A stretch of 20,000 nucleotides of DNA, from NCBI GenBank assembly GCA_036172245.1, contig JAYWIR010000046.1, forward strand, positions 1,474,662 through 1,494,661, read 5' to 3'. Position 1 is the first letter of the stretch; the number at the start of each line of letters is the position of its first letter. The notes under the pieces were generated by a model that saw only the letters and a list, made by a program, of their open reading frames with translations, had not been told where the DNA came from and ran no database searches. Both the position numbers and the translations under genes were made by a program. This document shows positions 11,077 through 20,000 of the stretch, piece by piece. This DNA comes from Raillietiella orientalis. Lineage: Eukaryota.

Positions 11077-13287
11077 TGTTGTGGAACGAGAGTCAAGATA
11101 TCTTTGCTCCTTCAAATTCGAAGAATATAAAAGGGTGTCATTTGATCCGCAAACTTGGTTTCCTGGACAACGAAAGAGATGTCAGAGTGTACAATCTCTT
11201 GGAAGAAATAACTATTCATCATTGTTCACGACAGCAGTCTAAATTTGACATGATTTGCAAAGATGATATCAAGAATACGGATGCGTGATCTTCCTAGGAG
11301 GATATAATTAGCTCTGCCTGGGAAAACAAGCAAAACTCATTAAAAATGTCAACATAATATAATAACTGATACAGAACAGAAGTCACCAACTATCTAAAAC
11401 AACAGGAATGCTTGTTGACGATTTTCAACATTAGTTGCTACGTTATGAATTCCGTAGTGAATCGGTTGTCACTTGCTGCCATGTCGATGACACTACGGTC
11501 AGGTCACCAAAAAATTGCAGATTCCCAATGGCAGTCGATTTGCGACTTGTCAACCGTACGAAACGGAAACAATCGGTGCATTCGAAATGAGATCAGCAGA
11601 TGCATGCTAAATTTGAATCACAATTATGTTAAGAAAGCAAGGAAAATAGTAAAATTTTCCAAATTGCGCTGCTTAAATGGTGTCCGCATGTGCAGTGCAA
11701 CCTTCAACTTTGTAACGATTCAGCTAAGCAGAAATTGCCTCTCTTTGCACATCAGTCGACGTCCACACATAAATCAGAATTCGCGATGCAACTGAAACTG
11801 TTTTGCCAGTTTTTATTGTTTCTACGAGCATGGCGCTACTTGGCAAGCCTCGTCGATCGAGGTTGCGAATTTTTAGAAAAATTGTAAATACTGTTCTGTA
11901 TCGAAGATGAGTTTTTATAAAACAATTTATTCTTTGTTTGTCCAAGCAGATCGAAATTGAAATAAAGAGAGGTGAGGGTGTAGTGCCATTGCAGAATAAA
12001 AGAAAAGGAACGAAAAACATCTTTGCTGTTAATGTACTGGGAACGCAGTAACTAGGACTTTCGACGTAGATTTTCTAGTGTGTCTCGGTATATTCAATAG
12101 CACTTACGTGGGTGCTCTTTTGCCGCCATGGGCGACATTCATGTGAAAGCACAAGAGCGGAAAGGTCTTTTGCAGAGACAACCTTGTCTTGGAACTGCCG
12201 TTGAAAGATCTATGATTCGTAGTTTACTTTGGCTCTGAATGTTTGGTCTTCAATTTGTGACATTCGTTTCCATGACAATGGGATGGATTTAGAGTGTTCA
12301 TTTATTTGGAAGGAAAGGAAAGTCCGTGTTCTTTATCCCTGTTGTCTTGAACTGTTATGTTCTGTGGAGTATATGTGTGAAGTATGCTGATGCATTCTCA
12401 TCAAAGCAACGAAAATATACCTGTGCGTAGAAAGTGGAAAGCAACCGAATGAAGACATTAGTTTGCTCGAAAGAATTACTTCGGCACAGACGTAACCAAA
12501 TCCTAGAGGAGAACGAGCGCTATTACAGGAATTGCTTCATTCGATGCTGCGACAATTCTTCTGTAACAAATCGGTTGTGTCGCACAGAAATGTCGATGGA
12601 ACTGGACATATTAGTGCTCACCGAAAAATTGCACCTCCGCTTTTGTAATCCAGATTCGGATTCAGACGGTATGTGATCCGAACCAACGAATCTTTGCAGT
12701 TCGGTGTTAGAGATGCGTATTTCGTTATGTATTCGATAGCCAAACGAATTCAACGCAGATTTAATTCTTAGAAACTTTCCTTTTCTCAAATAGTGTTATT
12801 ATTTCGATTGAAACGCTCTGCTTGATGGCGAAGAACCATGGGAAGAACTGCTTATGTTTGCATCAGTCGACGTGCACACATAATTCTATATTAACTATAG
12901 ATATTCAAACCAGCTGCACAGGGTTTGAACTAAGCCAGCGCCACTTAAAAAACTTTGTCTATCGCTGTGCTTATGCTTTCCGAGAATCAAAATGACAACT
13001 AGCGTTGAAATGTTAGTATTCAAGAAGGCATTCTTCGTTCGTCGACACAGATCGAATGGCCAATCCAAGCAGCTATAGATGTAGTGTCATTTTATGAAAA
13101 CAAAACAGAAAAGTAACAACCTCATCGTCATTGCTGCCACTTGAAAGGCAATAACTCGAACTTCCGACAACCAATTCCCAATGTTAATCTGAATATGGAA
13201 TACAACATTGGTGTCTCTTCCTTTCTCGGAATCGGTTAATTTCTTGATAGCGAACATTCCATGGAAGCTGTCTTACAGGAAAACAGC
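11077..13287 (+). repeat. Repeat unit 6 (2211 bp)
   Basis: Anchor-to-anchor distance. Type 'b' start (ttcctaggagg). Confidence 0.95.
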
Positions 13288-15505
13288 TATAGTGGAACAA
13301 GAGTCAAGATATCTTTGCTCCTTCAAATTCGAAGAATATAAAAGGGTGTCATTTGATCCTCAAACTTGGTTTCCTGGACAACGAAAGAGATGTCAGAGTG
13401 TACAATCTCTTGGAAGAAATAACTATTCATCATTGTTCACGACAGCAGTCTAAATTTGACATGATTTGCATAGATGATATCAAGAATACGGATGCGTGAT
13501 CTTCCTAGAAGGATATAATTAGCTCTGCCTGGGAAAACAAGCAAAAAACATTAAAAATGTACACATAATATAATAACTGATACAGAACAGAAGTCACCAA
13601 CTATCTAAAACAACAGGAATGCTTGTTGACGATTTTCAACATTAGTTGCTACGTTATGAATTCCGTAGTGAATCGGTTGTCACTTGCTGCCATGTCGATG
13701 ACACTGGAATTGTCAGGTCCCACCAAAAAAATTGCAGATTCCCAATGGCAGTCGATTTGCGGACTTTGTCAACCGTATGAAACGGAAACAATCGGTGCAT
13801 TCAAAATGAGATCTTCAGTTGCATGCTAAAGTTTAATCATAATTATGTTAACAGAGCAAGGAAAATAGTGGAATTTTCCAAATTGCGCTGCTTAAATTGC
13901 GTCCGCATTTGCAGTGCAACCTTCATTTTTGTAACGATTCGGCTATGCAGAAATTGCCTCTCTTTGCACATCAGTCGACGTCAACACCTAGATCAGAAAT
14001 CGCGATGCAACTGAAACTGTTTTGCCAGTTTTTATTGTTTCTACGAGCATGGCGCAACTTGGCAAGCCTCGACGATCGAGGTTGCGAATTTTTAGAAAAA
14101 TTGTAAATAGTAGTCTATATCGAAGAATAATGTTGATAAAACAAGCTATTCTTTGTTTGTGCAAGCACATCGAAATCGAAATAAAGAGAGGTGAGTGTGT
14201 AGTGCCATTCCAGAATCAAAGAAAAGGAACGAGAAACATCTTTGCTGTTAATGTACTGGGAACGCAGTAACTAGGACTTCCGACGTAGATTTTCTAGTGT
14301 GTCTCGGTATATTGAATAGCACTTACGTGGGTGCTCTTTGCCGCCATGGGCGACATTCATGGAAGCACAAGAGCGGAAAGATCTTTGCAGAGACGAGCTT
14401 GTCTTGGAACTGCCGTGGAAAAGATCTATGATTCGTAGTTTACTTTGGCTCTGAATGTTTGGTCTTCTATTTGTGACATTCGTTTTCATGACAATGGAAT
14501 GGATTTAGAGTGTTCATTTCTTTGGAAAGAAAAAAAAGACCGTGTTCTTTATCGCTGTTGTCTTGAACTGTTATTTTCTGTGGAGTATATGTGTGAAGTA
14601 CGCCGATGCATTCTCATCAAAGCAACGAAAATATACCTGTGCGTAGAAAAGTGGAAAGCAAACTCGAATGCAGACATTAGTTTCCTCGAATGAATTACTT
14701 CGGCACAGACGTAACCAAATCAAAGAGTAGAACGAGTGCTATTACAGGAATTGAATCATTCGTTTCTACAATGATTATTCTTGTAACAAATCATCTTTTT
14801 CGCACAGAAATGTCGATGGAACTGGACATATTAATGCTCACCGAAAAATTGCACCTGCGCTCCTGTAATCCAGATTTGGATTTAGACGGTATGTGATCCG
14901 AACCATCGAATCTTTGCAGTTGAGTGTTAGAGATGCGTATTTCGTTATGTTTTCGATAGCCAAACGAATTCAACGCAGATTGAATTCTTAGAAAATTTTC
15001 CTTTCTCAAATAGTGTTATTATTTCGATTGAAACGCTCTGCTTTATGGCGAAGAACCATGGGAAGAACTGCTTATGTTTGCGCATCAGTCGACGTACACA
15101 TAATTCTATATTAATTATAGATATTCAAACCAGCTGCAACAGGTTTTGAATCCGCTTTGCGCCACTTAAAGAACTCTGTCTATGGCTGTGCTTATGCTTT
15201 CCGAGAATCAAACACAACTGGCGTTGAAATGTTAGTAACCAAGTGTAGGCATTCTTCGTTCGTCGAGATCGAATGGCCAATCCAAGCAGCTAGAGATGTA
15301 GTGTCATTTTATGAGAACAAAACAGAAAAAGTAACAACCTTGTCGTCATTGCTGCCACATGAAGGCAATAACTCGAACTTCCGACAAACAATTCCCAATG
15401 TTTCTCGGAATATGGAATACAACATTGGAGTCTCTTCCTTTGTCGGAATCGGTTAATTTCTTCCATAGCGAAGATGCCATGGAAGTTGTCTCACAGGAAA
15501 ACAGC
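13288..15505 (+). repeat. Repeat unit 7 (2218 bp)
   Basis: Variant anchor tatagtggaacaagag. Type 'c' start (tttgcataga, caaaaaacattaaaaatgtacac). Confidence 0.95.
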
Positions 15506-17709
15506 TGGTGGAACAAGAGTCAAGATATCTTTGCTCCTTCAAATTCGAAGAATATAAAAGGGTGTCATTTGATCCGCAAACTTGGTTTCCTGGACAACGA
15601 AAGAGATGTCGGAGTGTACAATCTCTTGGAAGAAATAACTATTCATCATTGTTCACGACAGCAGTCTAAATTTGACATGATTTGCAAAGATGATATCAAG
15701 AATACGGATGCGTGATCTTCCTAGAAGGATATAATTAGCTCTGCCTGGGAAAACAAGCAAAACTCATTGAAAATGTCAACATAATATAATATCTGATACA
15801 GAACAGAAGTCACCAACAATCTAAAACAACAGGAATGCTTGTTGACGATTTTCAACATTAGTTGCTACGTTATGAATTCCGTAGTGAATCGGTTGTCACT
15901 TGCTGCCATGTCGATGACACTGGAATTGTCAGGTCCCACCAAAAAATTGCAGATTCCCAATGGCAGTCGATTTGCGACTTGTCAACCGTATGAAACCGGA
16001 ACAATCGGTGCATTTGAAATGAGATCAGCAGATGCATGCTAAATTTTAATCACAATTACGTTAAGAAAGCAAGGAAAATAGTAAAATTTTCCAAATTGCG
16101 CTGCTTAAATGGCGTCCGCATTTGCAGTGGAACCTTCATTTTTGTAACGATTCTGCTATGCAGAAATTGCCTCTCTTTGGACATCAGTCGACGTCCACAC
16201 ATAGATCAGAATTCGCGATGCAACTGAAACTGTTTTGCCAGTTTTTATTGTTTCTACGAGCATGGCGCAACTTGGCAAGCCTCGACGATCGAGGTTGCGA
16301 GTTTTAGAAAAATTGTAAAATAGCAGGTTGCACGAAGAATAATGTTGATAAAACAAGTTATTCTTTGTTTGTCCAAGCAGATCGGAATCGAAACAAAGAG
16401 AGGTGAGGTGTAGTTCTGTGCAAAGCCCCAATTTCATGAACGAAAAACATCTTTGCTTTTAATGTACTGGGAACGCAGTAACTAGGACTTCCGACGTAGA
16501 TTTTCTAATGTGTCTCGGTATATTGAATAGCACTTACGTGGGTGCTCTTTTGCCGCCATGGGCGACATTCATGTGGAAGCACAAGAGCGGAAAGATCTTT
16601 TGCAGAGACGAGCTTGTCTTGGAACTGCAGTGAAAAGATCTATGATTCGTAGTTTACTTTGGCTCTGAATGTTTGGTCTTCTATTTGTGACATTTGTTTC
16701 CATGACAATGGAATGGATTTAGAGTGTTCATTTCTTTGGAAAGAAAAAAAAGACCGTGTTCTTTATCGCTGTTGTCTTGAACTGTTATTTTCTGTGGAGT
16801 ATATGTGTGAAGTATGCCGATGCATTCTCATCAAAGCAACGAAAATATACCTGTGCGTAGAAAGTGGAAAGCAACCGAATGCAGACATTAGTTTGCTCGA
16901 AAGAATTACTTCGGCACAGACGTAACCAAATCCTAGAGGAGAATGAGTGCTATTACAGGGATTGCTTCATTCGTTTTGGCGACAATTATTCTGTAACAAA
17001 TCAGTTGTGTCGCACAGAAATGTCGATGGAACTGGACATATTAGTGCTCACCGAAAAATTGCACCTGCGCTCCTGTAATCCAGATTTGGACTTAGACGGT
17101 ATGTGATCCGAACCATCGAATCTTTGCAGTTGAGTGTGAGATGCGTATTTCGTTATGTTTTCGATAGCCAAACGAATTCAACGCAGATTGAATTTCTTAG
17201 AAAATTTTCCTTTCTCAAATAGTGTTATTATTTCGATTGAAACGCTCTGCTTTATGAAGAAATATGGGAAGAACTGCTTATGTTTGCGCATCAGTCGACG
17301 TGCACACATAATTCTATATTAACTATAGATATTCAAACCAGCTGCACAGGGTTTGAATCCGCTTTGCGCCACTTAAAGAACTCTGTCTATGGCTGTGCTT
17401 ATGCTTTCCGAGAATCAAAATGACAAGTAGCGTTGAAATGTTAGTGACCAAGTGTAGGCATTCTTCGTTCGTCGACACAGATCGAATGGCCAATCCAAGC
17501 AGCTAGAGATGTAGTGTCATTTTATGGAAACAAAACAGAAAAGTAACAACCTCGTCGTCATTGCGGAAGGCAATAACTCGAACTTCCTACAACCACTTTC
17601 CAATGTTTCTCGGAATATGGAATACAACATTGGTGTCTCTTCCTTTGTCGGAATCGGTTAATTTCTTCATAGCGAACATGCCATGGAAGCTATCTCACAG
17701 GAAAACAGC
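15506..17709 (+). repeat. Repeat unit 8 (2204 bp)
   Basis: Variant anchor tggtggaacaagag. Type 'a' start. Confidence 0.95.
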
Positions 17710-19929
17710 TGTTGTGGAACAAGAGTCAAGATATCTTTGCTCCTTCAATTCAAAGAATATAAAAGCGTGTCCTTTGATTCGCAACCTTAGTTTCCTGGAC
17801 AACGAAACAGATGTCAGAGTGTACAATCCCTTGGAAAAAATACCTATTCATCATTGTTCATATTTCCAGCCTGAAATTGACTACATTTGCGAAGATGATA
17901 TCAAGAATGCGGATGCGTGTTCTTCCTAGCAGGAAATAATTAGCTCTGCATGAGAATACAAACGAAACTCATTGAAAATGTCAACTCAATATAATAACTC
18001 AATACAGAACAGAAGTCACCAACTATCTAAAACAACAGGAATGCTTGTTGACGATTTTCAACATTAGTTGCTACGTTATGAATTCCGTAGTGAATCGGTT
18101 GTCACTTGCTGCCATGTCGATGACACTGGAATTGTCAGGTCCCACCAAAAAATTGCAGATTCCCAATGGCAGTCGATTTGCGACTTGTCAACCGTATGAA
18201 ACCGAAACAATCGGTGCATTCAAAATGAGATCAGCAGATGCACGCTAAATTTTAATCACAATTACGTTAAGAAAGCAAGGAAAATAGTAAAATTTTCCAA
18301 ATTGCGCTGCTTAAATGGCGTCCGCATTTGCAGTGCAACCTTCAACTTTGTAACGATTCAGCTATGCAGAAATTGCCTCTCTTTGCACATCAGTCGACGT
18401 CAACACCTAGATCAGAAATCGCGATGCAACTGAAACTGTTTTGCCAGTGTTTATTGTTTCTATGAGCATGCCGCAACTTGGCAAACCTCGTCGATCGAGG
18501 TTGCGAATTTTTAGAAAAATTGTAAATAGCAGGCTGTATCGAAGAATAATGTTGATAAAACAAGTTATTCTTTGTTCGTCCAAGCAGATCGAAATCGAAA
18601 TAAAGAGAGGTGAGGGTGTAGTGCCATTGCAGAATAAAAGAAAAGGAACGAAAAACATCTTCGCTGTTAATGTACTGGGAACGCAGTAACTAGGACTTCC
18701 GACGTAGATTTTCTAATGTGTCTCGGTATATTGAATAGCACTTACGTGGGTGCTCTTTTGCCGCCATGGGCGACATTCATGTGGAAGCACAAGAGCGGAA
18801 AGATCTTTTGCAGAGACGAGCTTGTCTTGGAACTGCCGTGGAAAGATCTATGATTCGTAGTTTACTTTGGCTCTGAATGTTTGGTCTTCTATTTGTGACA
18901 TTCGTTTTCATGACAATGGAATGGATTTAGAGTGTTCATTTCTTTGGAAAGAAAAAAAAGACCGTGTTCTTTATCGCTGTTGTCTTGAACTGTTATTTTC
19001 TGTGGAGTATATGTGTGAAGTATGCCGATGCATTCTCATCAAAGCAACGAAAATATACCTGTGCGTAGAAAGTGGAAAGCAACCGAATGCAGACATTAGT
19101 TTGCTCGAAAGAATTACTTCGGCACAGACGTAACCAAATCCTAGAGGAGAACGAGTGCTATTACAGGAATTGCTTCATTCGTTTAGGCGACAATTATTCT
19201 GTAACAAATCAGTTGTGTCGCACAGAAATGTCGATGGAACTGGACATATTAGTGCTCACCGAAAAATTGCACCTGCGCTCCTGTAATCCAGATTTGGATT
19301 TAGACGGTATGTGATCCGAACCATCGAATCTTTGCAGTTGAGTGTTAGAGATGCGTATTTCGTTATGTTTTCGATAGCCAAACGAATTCAACGCAGATTT
19401 AATTCTTAGAAAATTTTCCTTTCTCAAATAGTGTTATTATTTCGATTGAAACGCTCTGCTTTATGGCGAAGAACCATGGGAAGAACTGCTTATGTTTGCG
19501 CATCAGTCGACGTGCACACATAATTCTATATTAACTATAGATATTCAAACCAGCTGCACAGGGTTTGAATCCGCTTTGCGCCACTTAAAGAACTCTGTCT
19601 ATGGCTGTGCTTATGCTTTCCGAGAATCAAAATGACAACTAGCGTTGAAATGTTAGTAACCAAGTGTAGGCATTCTTCGTTCGTCGACACAGATCGAATG
19701 GCCAATCCAAGCAGCTAGAGATGTAGTGTCATTTTATGAAAACAAAACAGAAAAGTAACAACCTCTTCGTCATTGCTGCCACATGGAAGGCAATAACTCG
19801 AACTTCCGACAAGCAATTCCCAATGTTTCTCGGAATATGGAATACAACATTGGTGTCTCTTCCTTTGTCGGAATCGGTTAATTTCTTCATAGCGAAGATG
19901 CCATGGAAGCTGTCTCACAGGAAAACAGC
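17710..19929 (+). repeat. Repeat unit 9 (2220 bp), divergent first ~290 bp
   Basis: Anchor-to-anchor distance. The rest of half A shares many private variants with unit 3. Confidence 0.95.
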
Positions 19930-20000
19930 TGTTGTGGAACGAGAGTCAAGATATCTTTGCTCCTTCAAATTCGAAGAATATAAAAGGGTGTCATTTGATC
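19930..20000 (+). repeat. Repeat unit 10 (partial, truncated by window end)
   Basis: Matches positions 1-71. Confidence 0.95.

Larger units (their letters stand above)
1..20000. repeat. Tandem array of ~2.21 kb units (large-monomer satellite/macrosatellite), 9 full copies plus a partial copy, extending beyond both window ends
   Basis: The anchor (cagc)tgttgtggaacgagagtcaagatatc or a close variant recurs at 1, 2213, 4427, 6637, 8858, 11077, 13288, 15506, 17710 and 19930. All intervening sequence is colinear with no unique spacer. ORF-track peptides recur at the same period (e.g. MLTIFNISC at 336, 2548, 4762, 6972, 11412, 13623, 15839, 18045). Unit phase is arbitrary. Confidence 0.99.

Noticed and set aside
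1..20000. CRISPR array, rDNA, histone cluster or tandem transposon (LTR/Helitron/TIR)
   Set aside because: There are no short repeats with unique spacers, no rRNA or histone motifs, and no transposase/RT motifs, terminal repeats or target-site duplications that I can identify.

Overview
The whole 20 kb window is one uninterrupted head-to-tail tandem array (macro/megasatellite-like) with a ~2.21 kb unit: 9 complete copies (2204-2221 bp) plus the start of a tenth, running off both ends. The copies are highly similar but not identical, and their variants are shared in a patchwork, with a partial a-b-c higher-order order. The main hidden structure is that each unit is an old, strongly diverged direct dimer of two ~1.1 kb halves (A and B). 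The halves align colinearly over nearly their full length at an offset of about 1100-1110 bp. There are weaker hints of an older ~550 bp period and of an ancestral plus-strand reading frame. I could not recognise any intact protein-coding gene, rRNA, tRNA, snRNA, transposon or CRISPR array; the ORF track shows only the same short ORFs recurring and breaking from copy to copy. The host is probably a eukaryote (inference only).
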